Shown here: positions 19,394 through 32,559 of the stretch, in pieces
How positions within the stretch are numbered: position 1 is the stretch's first letter
Layout of the letters: every line of letters starts with the position of its first letter
NCBI RefSeq assembly: GCF_009914755.1
Contig: NC_060935.1
Length of the DNA: 64,000 nt
From: the human T2T-CHM13v2.0 reference genome, Homo sapiens
Reading direction: 5' to 3' (one strand)
The notes under the pieces: model-generated
What the model was told of the DNA's origin: nothing
Databases searched by the model: none
What the model saw: the letters and a program-made list of their open reading frames with translations, nothing else
Program-made: the position numbers and the translations under genes

Positions 19394-22300
19394 CAGAATT
19401 TTTTGTTGTTCTCAACTCAGATTCACCTCTTCCCTTCGGCTCCCATCTAGAGAGGAGTGGGAGGGAGGGCACCCCCTGCAGGAGAAGGGCTGCAAGGCCA
19501 GGACAATTGCGGGCTTGTGGTTCCTTCAGCTCAGGGGTTTTTCACATGTTCCTCATTCATGATAAAACATTCAAAAAAACATTTTTTTCTCGGTTATTAT
19601 TTACTCTTCTAAGTTAAATCATATGCTCTTTTAAATTATATGAAAAACCCTATTTTCTGTTTTTTTAATTACCTAGGGTCTATTGTCTAAGTCAGCTTCC
19701 TTTTGGCTCCTAAATGATTAGACAATCACGGCTAAGCATGACACATAAATCTCTAATGTAGAAACCATTCTTGTAGTCAAATTACTTCAACATACTTTGA
19801 CCTGCAAGAAAATGTCACAGAAAGACCACCATCCACACTGTTTCTTCACAGTCATTATTTTAGATTTAGTGTTGTAAATAAAAGATACCCTTAATTTCCT
19901 AAGGCATAGTTTATCTGTGACCCAAAAGGAATCACTGAGGGCTTCATATTAAGTCTGGCCGTAATAGAATCTGTCAGGCTCCACCATAAAAATCTATGTA
20001 GTAACTAGTTCTTAGCATTGCAAAGGACTCTACTCTGCAAAAGAAAACTGAGAACAGACTGATCTAACAATGTCTGTTCAATGAGATTCTTTCTTACCAA
20101 ACCTTCCAATATTCATCCTCTTTGTTCAGAAACTGAGCACCTCAATTCGACATGAATAAAAAGAACATGAGCTTCTCTTTCACACAGAAGAACCAGTTCA
20201 CTTTGACAATCTGAGTTTAACCACCAGTAGAAGACTCCTATTTGGAAATGCAGGTGGCTTCGCATTCAAATCTAGAACTAAGTTTCATCCTCCAAGTTGC
20301 ACTTATGTCTAATTTAGGCAAGACATCTATTTCTGGAAAATACCTAATAAAGGAGCACAGGTGTCCTTCACTTTAAACTCTTGGGAAGACTCCATCAAAA
20401 TATAACCACCAAGTATAATTATTCCACCAAAGTATAACCATGTATTTTGCCTAAGTTCTTAAGAAATTACAGGAAATCCAGCTGAGATTTTTGTCCATAG
20501 TTGTGTAGCATTAACTTCTCAGCTCCTCCTCTCTAAACTGATCTAGGTTAGGCTCCAGCTAAATGTGGCAGACAAGAGCTTAAGTCTTAGAAACAGTGTG
20601 TGATTTATGTTTCTAAAAATATAGAGAATATTTCGTTATGTGAATTTATATGAGAGAAGCATTGGATTCTGCACCGAGTCCTGGCCCTATTACTGGGTAC
20701 TGAGAGACTCCCCTGTTTAAGTGGGGATGACAATTCATTACTTTGACTTGTATTTTAAAAGAGAACAGGAAAAATAGGGGGGATTAGCTCTGACATGTGT
20801 ACCTGTAAATTATTTGCAAAATCTGAAATATTTTACATAATTTACTATCAAAACACAGTCTGTTCTTTTTGTGTGGTGACAGGATAACAGTCGGCAATTA
20901 TCATTTTTATTTCTGCACATTAGAAGCAATGATTTTTGCTTATTTTTTTCCTTGCTGTTGTTGTTTTGGTTGTTTATTAACAATGTAATATATTTTTATT
21001 GTAGAAGTTTAGAAAGTATAAAAACACAAAAGGAATATTGGAGGGAAAAATCTCACTCCATTATCACACCACACAAGGTAATCTACTATTTGGTGTATTT
21101 CCTTTTAGTCTATTTCACCGTGCCTATGTTCTACAAATTGAGTTCAAATTGCATGCAAATTTTTTGTACTGCTATTTTTAAACTTAATATTATATTTTAG
21201 GATTTCCCATGTTATTAAAACTCTTTATAAACATCATTTTGTGCACCTAATTTTTCTAACACCAATGTGTATTAGTGTTCTAATATTCTGAATAAACAGT
21301 TTCACATGAATTATTTTAACTAAAATACCAGTAAGTTTTATATTTAAATTACATAATGAAAATACAAATATATCAAATAATATAAAATGTATGGAACATG
21401 CATTATTTGTGAGGTTTTTTAATTGATATGAAAGAGCAAAGGTAAAAAGGGCTACAATTCAGAGATTTTCAAACTGAGAGGATTTTTATTTCTCTTCAGC
21501 AGTCCTAAACTCATTTGAAACACTGTTAAAATGTATCATATAAAATAATTTATTTTTACTCTTATGAGTTCTCAGTAGAAAGGCTGAAAAGTCAAGGACT
21601 CTCTGAAAAGTAATAAAGACACTTTATTTGTGAAATGACTTTCATTCCAGTGTAGTACTTTATTTTGCTCATTTTATCAGGGAATTATTAGACATTCTGC
21701 AATTTACTTGACTCTGCCTGGTTCGTTTCTCCAAATGGAATGGTCTATCCATAAAGAAGAAACAGTTATTTCTCAATGATTTCTACTTAGTACCAAGGCA
21801 TGAGTAGGATCCAGCTTCTCTAGGAGTTCTGTGGTTTTTCATGAATAGGACCTGCTATTCTACTGTAATCATGCTAGGAATCTCTGAAATTGAAACAAGG
21901 ATCACCAGAAATGAAAAAATATATACTATTAAGAATCTGTTATTACCATCCCAGAAACCCTCATTTGTGGTATTTCATTTGTTCATGTGTCTGTTGCAGA
22001 GAAGATAGGAATTGTCGTTTTTTGAGTTTGCAATGAAGCATGGTAGAGACAGCAATGTTGACATGTAGGTGACATGTGTTTACATATCATGTGCAAACTG
22101 AATGACTACATTCAAATGAAACAAAATAAACAGAAAGAAGGGGAAAACAGCAGGCTTAGGTGTCAGGGACTCAGAGTAGAGAGTATCTGAAGAGGATCCA
22201 GGTAGATAGAAAGACAGTCCAAAGGAATTTCTGGAAATTTAGGGTAAATTAATCATGGTAGGTTTGTTGAATTTCTCAAATTTTTGGTGTGAAACACAAG

Positions 22301-22889
22301 GAGCTATTAAAGGGGTTAACAAGAACAGACCACAAACAATCCTCACATTATCCCTATCTTTACTCCTAGACTAAATCTTGACTAAGGTCATCAAAAGTCA
22401 GTGGAGGCATCTAGAAAGGAAGACATATAATGGTGTTAGAAGAAACAACAACAAAAGAATAAGGAAGAGACGTGATCCCTAAGTGTGGCAGAAATCTGAA
22501 CATATCTGTATAAAATAGAATTTGGGGCATGTTAAAGAAATTTGACGTAGTACACATAAGAGAATAACACTTTAATTGGGTTGCTTCCAACAAGATATTT
22601 TACAACTCTACTGGTGCATCACACAAGTGCATCATGACTATTTAGCACACAAACTACCATCTATAGAAGACAGAGCAATAATGGATGGGAAGCATTTCAC
22701 TCCAGTAACGATGAATCAGCGAAGTGATCTTGCAAATTGGAACAGTTTTACCTTTCATAGATCCATTTGTCTTCCCCATGTTGGAAATAATATTGTGAAT
22801 AGAATTTAAAAGGCAAAGTGGGGATATTACAGTCTCAACTCCCCCCCAACTGTGTCATCACTTTTTTCCATAGCAAAACACATGATGCC

Positions 22890-23229
22890 TTATTTTTTTT
22901 ATTTATTTTATTTTATTTTATTTTATTTTATTTTATTTATTTTATTGAGACGGAGTCTCGCTCTGCCTCCCAGGCTGGAGTGCAGTGGCGCGATCTCGGC
23001 TCACTGAAAGCTCCACCTGCCGAGTTCACGCCATTTTCCTGCCTCAGCCTTCCGAGTAGCTGGGACTATAGGCACCCGCCACCACACCTGGCTAATTTTT
23101 TTTGTATTTTTAGTAGAGACAGGGTTTCACTGTGTTAGCCAGGATGGTCTCGATCTCCTGACCTCGTGATCCTCCTGCCTCGGCCTCCCAAAGTGCTGGG
23201 ATTACAGGCGTGAGCCGCCACGTCCAGCC
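22890..23229 (-). mobile_element. AluY
   Basis: CpG-rich, gttcacgccatt, ttagccaggatggtctcgatctc; imperfect TSD cacat.atg.cctt; (TTTTA)n tail. Confidence 0.92.
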
Positions 23230-23469
23230 ACATTATGTCCTTTTAAGCCCTTCTAGTACTGCTTATCATTGTATATGACGGGACAGAAAAGCCTACAGGT
23301 CAATTTTATGGTGGCAGAAGATGATACTTAAAATTAAAGCAGACATTGATCCAGACCATTGATCAGCCACTTTGCAACTTTAATGCATGCTCTGTTGCTT
23401 AACTATCCTACATCTCAGTTTTAAAATCAGTATTATTCATAAAACATAGAAAGAGTGAAGGTTTGTCTT

Positions 23470-23780
23470 TAAAGTTGTTATTGAAGTACAATATTCATAA
23501 GTAAAAGTGAACATATTCAATTGCATAATTCAGCAAATATTTACAAACTGAAAACATCTATATAACTGGCACCCAGATCAAAAAACAGATCATTACCATC
23601 ATTCCAGAAGCATCCCTTTCAATCACTCCCTACTCTAAAGGAAACAGGTTTCTCAAAAGAAAAAAATCAGTTTTTACTGTAATCAAACATTATATAAATG
23701 GAATTAGGCAATATGTACTACTTTTTATTTGGCTTCTGTTATTCAAAGTTTATCAAATTTTTTCATATTGCAATTGTGAA
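23470..23780 (-). mobile_element. Old L1M 3' UTR fragment
   Basis: attgaagtacaatattcata...cacccagatcaaaaaacagatcattacc...tataaatggaat. Confidence 0.6.
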
Positions 23781-24093
23781 GGATTTAGTAAACAAATGTT
23801 TCTGACAGTGGCCCGGACAGTGCTAAAATAGAATAAACAAATAATTTAATATTTATTGCTGTTGCTTTAGGTATTAAATAATAACAAGTAATAACAATTA
23901 ATTTTTGTTTAAGTAGTAGTACCAATAGCTCAAGAGTAACCCATGAAAAATATCATTGTACTGAGGACAGTCCTGTCAACATATTATAATTTCTAATCAA
24001 TGTGCTCTAAAAGTACAAGTCACCCTTTACAAAGTGATTTTGAGCATGATGACTATGTGTCCTCACACAGGTAAATGGAAGTGGTGCAGCTTT

Positions 24094-24248
24094 CTTTTTT
24101 TTTTTTGAGATGGAATCTTGCTCTGTCGCCCAGGCTGGAGTGCAGTGGCATTATCTCAGCTATCCTCCTGAGTTCAAGCGATTCTCCTGCCTCAGCCTCC
24201 CAAGCAGCTGGAATTACAGGCATCCACCATGAGCCACTGCTCCCGGCC
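24094..24248 (-). mobile_element. Monomer-length, internally deleted Alu with 12 bp TSD
   Basis: Both Alu termini present; TSD tggtgcagcttt at 24082-24093 and 24249-24260. Confidence 0.88.
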
Positions 24249-24299
24249 TGGTGCAGCTTTTATATCCAAGCGTGGGCTTAATCTACACCACAAGAACCC

Positions 24300-24780
24300 T
24301 GACATTTAAAGATATAGTACACATTTATCACAATTGTCACTTGCCATTAATTTACATTCCCTTTATGCATCTGTTCAAAAAATAATTAGGATTTTATGCT
24401 GCAGTAAATATGCTTGTTCATCCATTAGTGCAAAGCAAAAGATTAATTGCATTACAATGGGAATCGGGACTACAACACTCCGAGCCACAATGATAACAGT
24501 GACAGCTGGGCTGCCCACACCGTACTTTGCTCTGATAAGCTTCAAAAACAAGTGTAGATGGGAAAATAATTAAATCACTGACAAGGCAGCACCAGCCTTA
24601 TTTTCCCTCTTCTTGAGTTCAATTTGCAATCATAAAAAAAAAAAGGTTCTTATTGCAAATTAGAAAAGGGCCCTTTCCCCCCCATCTTCAAATGCCCTAG
24701 TTTAATATTAGTATAAGCTATATTGCTATAGATCTTGTCTTTAACTCCTCCTATTTATCTCAGCAAGCTAAAGAAGAGAA
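24300..24780. promoter_or_regulatory. Candidate conserved non-coding element/enhancer
   Basis: No recognisable repeat; clustered TAATTA/ATTA, ACAATG (SOX), TGACAG (MEIS/TGIF), TGATAA (GATA); conservation not verified. Confidence 0.4.
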
Positions 24781-24827
24781 CTAGGCTGGATCTGATCTAG
24801 TCTCTTTGGTATCTACTGAGAACCCAG

Positions 24828-24997
24828 CAGAGCTGGCTCCATGGTCTTGTGACCAGTGCAGTCACACAGGGCTCGGTGCTTGGTTTTAATGCACTGTTGT
24901 CACTATCTTGAAATACTTACTAGCTTTTCTTTTTTAAAGCAAGGGGCCTCACATTTTCATTTTACTCTGGGCCTCATAAATTATGTACCCAGTCTTA
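24828..24997 (+). mobile_element. MER53 hAT DNA transposon relic
   Basis: cagagctggctccatgg..gtgaccagtgcagtcacacagggc...ctgggcctcataaattatgta resembles MER53 consensus by recall. Confidence 0.7.
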
Positions 24998-25599
24998 CCA
25001 ATAAATGTAGAAAGTAGTAATATAATAATCTCTTTCTCAATCTGTCTCACACTCTCTGTCTCTCTCCATAGATATCTATATTTATACCTGTAGATCTCTA
25101 TATTTCTCTGTGTATGTTTCTATATCTATGAAGATATATAGATGAGAGTGTTGTGAGATATATGTCAGTGAATACATCCATATACTCATTGCTTCTTCTC
25201 CGCAAGAGGAAACAAAAACAAACAACAAACACAGCAAACAACCTCTTTTTTTTCTTCTCATTTTCTCTGGTCAAAAAAAGACGGTGTTATTGAGTGGAAA
25301 TGGAATATCTGTATTTTGAGGAAATTTTTGTGTCTAAGAAGAAAGAGATACGTTATACTTGTACTCCAGTCATCTCCTGACTATGGATACTTCTCTATGG
25401 TTCATAATACACCAATCATTGTTTTAGTACCAATGGGAATTGACAATGCTGTTAACCTTGGGCAATAGTTTATATCACTCAAGGAAACATCTGTGCAATA
25501 ATTTCCATAATGATCTAGCCTTCAATCACCACAATCCCCCCACACCCCCAAGGTAAAAAAAAAAAAATGGTTTCAGAATTGCTCAACTCAAAACCTCAT

Positions 25600-26400
25600 T
25601 ATTTGAGGCCTAATCAAGATGACAACAGACAGAGAAGTATCCCCAGCTCTGACAGTCCCACAACAAGCAGTAACAAACAGTTGGCAATGATTGTAACCAA
25701 AATGTATGGATAATCATCTTTGATGAATCATTTATCATGAAAGCTTCTCTTATGGCAGTGACTTCTTGAGAGCCTCTAAAAACCTGGCCCTTCAGGGAAT
25801 TGGCTGGTGACATAATGTATCTGTTGCTCAGGTAGAAACTGGTTAGAGCTTGTCCTTCTACATCACTTTTAAATCTTATTTTTTAAGGCCCTTGGATTTC
25901 TTAAATGTTATTAATCTTTTTTTTTTTTTAAGTTGGAGAACAAGAGAGAGACTTTGTTATTGGTAGTGGTAGAAAGCCTCAAAAATAGGTCAGGCACCGC
26001 AACAGAAAAAGACAGCCTGCTTACAGGGAAGGGAATTGCAAATTAACTGTTACAGACATGGGTACGTTTTAGCCCCGGCAGCAGCTGCTGAATAATTAGG
26101 GCCGAAAGGCCTTTATAAAGGTTATAAGTCTTGCTACTGTGACTAACTAAATCTGTTTGAGTAATTTTCCTTTTGCTATTGCAATTATGGGGTTTTAACT
26201 CACTAGGTAGCTGATTTTGTGGCATGTACATATTCGATGTATTGAGGAAAATGAGCTTCCAGGGCTCCCCTCTGGACAGCATTAGAGCAATGATCATAAA
26301 TCCTCACTAAAGGGAAACTAGTTCTCAGACAAAGCAGTTTTGGGGGTGGGAGTGAAGTGAACAGTGGGAGGAAGTGGACAAACATTTTATAGGCAATAGT
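25600..26400. promoter_or_regulatory. Candidate conserved non-coding element/enhancer
   Basis: Repeat-free; E-box GCAGCTGC next to TAATTA, HOX-type ATCATAAA/TTTATAAA, TGACAG; conservation not verified. Confidence 0.4.
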
Positions 26401-26761
26401 TCTGCAAAACTAGATTCTAATACACGATACTACAATATAATAATGGGACATAATGTAATATAATACCATATAATGGAATGTGTTATATTTTGATATTATG
26501 TAATATACGCTTCATATTTTTGTTATTACAGATTAGCTTTCACACTAGACTTTGCTAGATAATGTTGATACTATTTAGACATACTTTTTTAAGTAACACT
26601 TTACAACCTGTCTCCTCTCAAAATTGTGAAATCTTGACCCCATGTCTTTCACTTTTTCTTATGGAAACTTGTGCACTGACACTTAGTCTTACTTGCCTTA
26701 TTGTCCAGTTTGTCTCCTCTTATCCTGATATAATATCTAGTATTAAAATGAGATAGAGGAA

Positions 26762-28782
26762 GAAGGAAGAGCAAGATGGCTAAATAGAAACCTCCAGTGA
26801 TCGTTCCCTCACAGGAACACTAAACTCAACAACTATCCATGTAAGCACCAAAAAATTAAATGAGCAAACACAGTTCCTGGCTTTAGCATAATAAAAAGAA
26901 ATGAAGCATTGCAGAGGGGAGAAAAGTCTGCCACTGCCTGCACTACATCTCTTTCAATCCCAGACAACACAGCATGGGGAGATAATCTGTGTGCTTTGGG
27001 GACTGAGACAAGATGAGTGCGGAACTTTGCATTGGAATTCAGTGCTACCTTGTCACAGTGAAGCAAAACACCAGGCAGAACTATGCTGGTGCCCATGGAG
27101 GAGGCATTTAGACCACCCCCAGGTCAGAGGAAAATTTCTCATCCCAGTGGGAGAAGTCCAAGTTCCTGCCAGCTTCACCACTGGCTGACTAAAGTGGCCT
27201 AAGGCCACAAATAAAGTTGACTATCAGTCAAGCTACAATGACTACAGTCCTTGGGTAAGCCCCAGTGCTTCATTGGTCTTAGAGGTAGTGGACTCAGGGC
27301 ACAACCCAGAGGGATACAAGCTGCAGCAGCCCCATTGGTGCCTGTATCATCCCTCCTTAAACTCCAGGCAGTGAAGCTCCAGGAGACACCCCTTCTGCTC
27401 AGGAGAAGGAGAGAGAAGAGTGCAGAAAATGTTGTCTTGCACCTTGAGTATCAGCTCAGCCACAGTAAAATAAAGCACTGAGCAGATTCCTAAAGCCCCA
27501 GTTCCAGGCCTTTGCTCCTGGATAGCATTTCTAGACCCACCCCCAGGGCCAGGAGAGAATTCACTTCCCTGGTGGGACAGACCCAGTCCCAGCAGAATTC
27601 ACCATCTGCTGACTAAAGTAGCCTAGGGCCTTGAATAAATATCAGCAACAACCTGGCAATAGTGGCTGCAGGCATTTGGCAAGTCCCAGTACTGTGCTGG
27701 TCTGAGAGGTTGTGAGCTCCAGGTATGACCTACTGCAGTGCCAGCTGTGATGGCCACAGGAGTCCCCATATTACCTCTCCTCCAGAAGAGAGACTGCTAC
27801 TCCGGAGAAAGTGAGGGAAGAGAATGAGAGACTTCATTTGGGAATGCAGGGAAATCTCCCTTATCTTCCCGAAATCCACCAAGGCTGTGTATCTAGGAGT
27901 CTGCAAGAATCTCGGCATTACTGAGCTTAGGGAACCCATCAGTACTGAAATGCTACAGTGACCACAGGCTTAGGTCACAACCCTCAATCCCCTTTGAATT
28001 TTTCAAAAGCTCTCTCTGGAAAGATGGTTACAAACAAGTACAGACTTAGTGAGATCAGCATAAATGCCTCACTCTTCAATGCCCAGACATCAATGAACAG
28101 CAATGTCCACGAGCATCAAGAACTTCCAGGAAAACATGACTTCACCAACAGACTAAATAAGACGCTGTGATGAATCCTGGAGTGGTGGATACATGTGACC
28201 TCTCAGGAAATTAAAAATAGCTGTCTCAAGGAAGCTCAATGAACTTCAAGATAACAGAAAACAAATTCAGAATTACAGCAGAAAAATTTAACAAACAAGA
28301 TTAAAATAATTTTAAAAATCAAGCACAAATTCTGGAACTGAGAAGTTGACAAACTAAAATATGCATCAGAGTCTCTCAACAGCAGAATAGATCAAGCAAA
28401 AGAAAAAATCAACAAGCTCAAAATCAACCTACATGAAAATACACAATCTAAGGAGAAAAGAGAAAAAAAGAAAAAAAAATGCCCAAAAGATTTAGAAAAT
28501 AGCCTCAAAAGGAAAAATCAAAACATTATTGACCTTTAAAAGGATGTAGAGAAAGAGATGGGGATAGAAAGTTTTTTCTAAGAAGTAATAGTAGAGAACG
28601 TTCAAACCTTGAGAAAGGTTTGAATGAGAGGTTTGAATGTTCAAACCTTGAGAAAAGCTATGAATATAGAGGTATAAGAAAGTCAACAAACACAAAGCAG
28701 ATTCAATTCAAACAAGACTATTTCAAGGCATACGATTATCAAACTCTCAAAAGTCAAGGACAAAGGAAGGATCTCAAGAGCT
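26762..28782 (+). mobile_element. LINE-1 5' UTR + ORF1 start (L1M/L1MA-type), 3'-truncated
   Basis: gagcaagatggctaaatagaaacctccagtgatcg 5' end; ORF1 coiled-coil-like region aacagcagaatagatcaagca; stops in ORF1 at aaggatctcaagagc. Confidence 0.75.
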
Positions 28783-30068
28783 TGTTCTTTCCATAAATCT
28801 TTCAAAAGAAAGGATCTCAAGAGCTTGTTCCATAAACCTTTCAAACCTTTCTGTGTATATATATACCCATTTACTTTGTCCTGTCCTTAACGGGAAGATA
28901 CAATGACAGAGCTTAAACAACTCAATTCACATCTATATATAGAAAATAAGATACATTTTACCAGTATATATTTGACATAATTTCAAAATGCATTTGACAC
29001 TTAGATAACAGGAAAAAATTTGTTATAAAATATGGTTTGAATGTGGCCAAAGAAGGTATTCTATCTACAGCTGAGCATACAATGAGTCCAGGAATTAGTA
29101 CTGCATTGGCACTTATCTCACCCAAGGGTCATTGGTTAAGTCACTGGTTAATAAAACTGTATTTGCATTTCTGTAGATGTTATAGTCCATCTCAAAAATG
29201 GAATAAATTCTTAAAGAAATATAAATTCTTCTTTATTTACTTATTTATATTCTTCTTTATTACAGACATGAAAAAGCACTTTTCATAACTAATATTCTCA
29301 GATATAGATACTTAAATAGTAGTGTGGAATTCATAAATGCATTAATAATTTTCCCTAACAAACAAAATACAGTCTTAATAATTGTTGTCAGTGCACAAGG
29401 GCTGCTTACACAGTGCTTTTTCAGTTGGAGAGGCTTAAAGTACTTTATGTTGATTAATTAATTGGCTTGTTGGTAAGAGACCTGGCCCAGGATTGTATTA
29501 AGTTCTGAAGAATTACAGGCAGGTTGTGATGGAAATGGGAGACTTAAGGAGTCAAAAAATAGAATCAATGTCAGTGACAATTTATCACTGCAAATTTATC
29601 AGTCTTCTCCATTGTGAGCTAATATAAAAGGATAATAATAATAATCATTAATGTAGTCCATTAATATTTATGAAATCTTCTATAAATTGTGCATTTAGTC
29701 TAAAATTACTTTAATTCTGAAATAGTGCACATGCTATGCAAATGCAGATTCAAGATAAATTCTCTGGTCCTTGTTCTCTCCAACATACTCTCTGAAAATA
29801 AAATCACTCAGTTCTTCCTATATAGAATTTCAGAAGCCAACCATTATGGTGAGTCAAAATAAAAATCCATATGATGAAGATAAGTTCTCCTGACCATTGA
29901 GAGCTTACATGAGTATAATCTCTCAGGAGCTCAGAGACAAGGTGAAAACAAGGGATTGGCCTTAGATTATAACATTAAACAAGATCTAGCACAGAAATCT
30001 GACTGTCATAAATTGATTTAATATAGTTGCTATCTCGGCATCCATTTTTATGTATAGCATAAGTTATC

Positions 30069-30828
30069 TGAAACCCAGCGATACCCCATCACCTTTGGCC
30101 TAGTTAAAATTTCCCCTTCTTGTGTGGTTGTTTGCAATATAGCCTGTTTATTCTTCATTTTACCGACCCAAAACTCAACACATTTTAGAGCTGCTGAATA
30201 AGAATAAAACTTAACTTAATGGTTAATATGAGACTTATGTTTTCTGTAAACTATCCAATCCACAATCCCCGGGGGAAGGCAAAGAGATCACTTCCATAGA
30301 CCTCTAGGTTTCTCTCTCTCTTTCTCTCTGTCTCCCTCTCTCCCTCTTCACCTACCCACTGGTTGAGCTTCGTTCTACCTCAGGACTTTCTGTGAGCCCT
30401 TGTGGGCACCCTTCTTCTCTCACGGATCAGGATCAATGAGTAATAAAATGATTTTGTTATTTTATGTGTTTCATTGTTCTGCCTTCTCTGTGTCTCTCCT
30501 GAATGACACAGACACACCCAACCCTGACTCTCCTCCCGGTCAGGTCTCTCCTAGAGAGTAGATATTTTGGTAATAATAAACTGAACACAGGTCAGACAAG
30601 AGTCACAAGAGTGTCTTCTAGTATAAACAAATTTCCTGTGAGAGCAACACCTGGTTACAAGTTGGATACTTAGGTGTTAGGCTCCCTGCCAGTATAAAGA
30701 AATATAGTATGAAAGGCACATTGTAAACATCCATGGCCCATCCCCTGGAGCCCCATCAGGAGAGGACTAAAATTTATAGCCACTCTCCGAAGAGAGACCT
30801 TAAGATCAAGTTAGAGAAAATCACAACA
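30069..30828 (+). mobile_element. ERVL-class solo LTR (MER74/MER73-like)
   Basis: TG...CA ends, internal aataaa, ends ttagagaaaatcacaaca; family by recall. Confidence 0.5.
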
Positions 30829-31009
30829 CTGACCTTTACAGGTGGAATTGACTGTGATTAAACCAATTTGGCTTAAAGAATTTAGTTCAGGGCAGAGGCA
30901 AATAAAATACTTGTATTAGGTAGCTCTTCATCTAATTGCTAGTTGATCAAATGTAGGATTGAGTTCATGCCTTCACTCTTGCAGCAGTTCCAAAAGAATG
31001 GAAAGGCAA

Positions 31010-31265
31010 TATGGAATATTAGAGAAGAGTTTAAATGCTAGTGACAAACAAACATGGATGCTGACTACTTATCAGTTGATTGACTTGAACAAGTTATTTT
31101 ATGTGTTTGAAATGCCAATAAAATTAACTCTAAAAATGAGGATAATAATAATACCTATTTCAAATGGCTCTTGTCAGGATGAAGAAAATATACATAACAT
31201 TTTTTGCGTAGTATTTAATACAAAATGATATTCCACAATGCCAATTACTATTATTATTATTATTA
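31010..31265 (+). mobile_element. MIR
   Basis: tgacttgaacaagttatttt...taaaaatgaggataataataatacctatttca core. Confidence 0.6.
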
Positions 31266-32559
31266 TTCTAAAAAGAAAATATCTGTGGTACATAATCACA
31301 CTGATTCTAACGCTTTGTTATTTGGGGCAGAATATTTTTAGCATAATATTTGTTTCCTAAAAATGATGATGTGAAATGAGTAAGCCAAAAGTATAAGACC
31401 AATTTTTGACATCCATCGTCTATTTTTTCCAGCTAAAACACATGGACACGTATGGATGCATTGTTGTCTAGTTCTTTGTGAAACTTTCCCTGATAACTCT
31501 ATTCAACTCTGATTTCTCACTTTGCTGACTTCCCATAGTGCTAATTGTAAAGAATATGTTAGCACAATGTATTTATCTCTTCACCATAGTTTCTCCTCCA
31601 GTCTCATGAGCATATTGCCTTATTAACACATCTGGTAAATTTCTGGAAGTCAGGGATAATGCCTTATGTTTTCCATAGGTCTTTCATGCCCCATAACTAT
31701 CATATTCTGGAAACATTCTAAGCTACATTAAATCTGAATTCTTTTACACTTCTCCTGTACTACTGATTTGGGTACTGTCCCCAGTTGCATTTCAACTCTG
31801 TTCTTTAAAACTACAGTTTCTATAATAGTATACAGTTCTTTAATAATGTCCTAATCAATACTACTTCAGAGTAATGCTTATTATATGCTTGTTTCTAAAT
31901 TCCAGAGTCATCAAATGTTTTCTTTTTACATTTTAAAAATTGCTAAGCTCTCATTACTTTTCAATATTCGTGAGTATTCAGTTTATGGTCCATTTTGATA
32001 TCTGGGTTTTAGTTTATCACAACACAGTCATTCCATAAAGTTTCCTTCTTTTCTCATTTGGCGATGTTATGAGTATTATTCAAGAAATATCCTTCAAATT
32101 TTTTTCAAGATTCATCACACTTTAAAAATAATCAATGTTTCAAATCTGTATTTCTTAACCCATAAGCCTCAAATTAACAGATTAGTTAGGTGACCATGCT
32201 ATTATTTTGAAAACCAGAGGTTCAGTTCACAAGACACATATGTCTGGGCAGCATTTAGGTGTCTTAAATCTTAATTTCTAAATTATTTTTATTTCAAAGA
32301 AATAAAATGTTTACTGATTTGGGCAATATATAGAAGTAAATAAACATACATAAATAAAATCATCTGAAATCTTCTATCTAGAAATATTCACTATGTACTC
32401 TGTTTTAAATTTTTCTTATTTTAAACAAATTTTTGACTACAGAAAAGTTGCAAGATTAGTTCAGAAGTTTTTACATGTCCCTCAGACAGCTTCCTCTAAT
32501 TATGGCACTTTGTATAATCACAGTACCAGGGATCAGAGCCAGAGAATTGGTATCTCTAG

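Larger units (their letters stand above)
18258..19545 (+). pseudogene. DDB2: Unprocessed (intron-containing) DDB2 gene fragment: intron 4 end, exon 5, intron 5, exon 6, intron 6
   Basis: Exon 18550-18649 (100 nt; [32 protein letters not shown]) and exon 18734-18911 (178 nt; [59 protein letters not shown]) match recalled DDB2 residues ~202-293. AG/GT at all boundaries, 84 nt intron, in-frame TGA at 18587-18589. Outer limits are inferred. Confidence 0.9.

Noticed and set aside
19224-19562. Alu-derived ORFs here and at 22818, 38205, 42959, 46149, 54954 and 57158
   Set aside because: Standard spurious Alu translations
21820-22850. Possible ancient ERVL internal relic (PBS-like sequence at ~21995, purine tract at ~22810)
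   Set aside because: Too degenerate to support without a profile search
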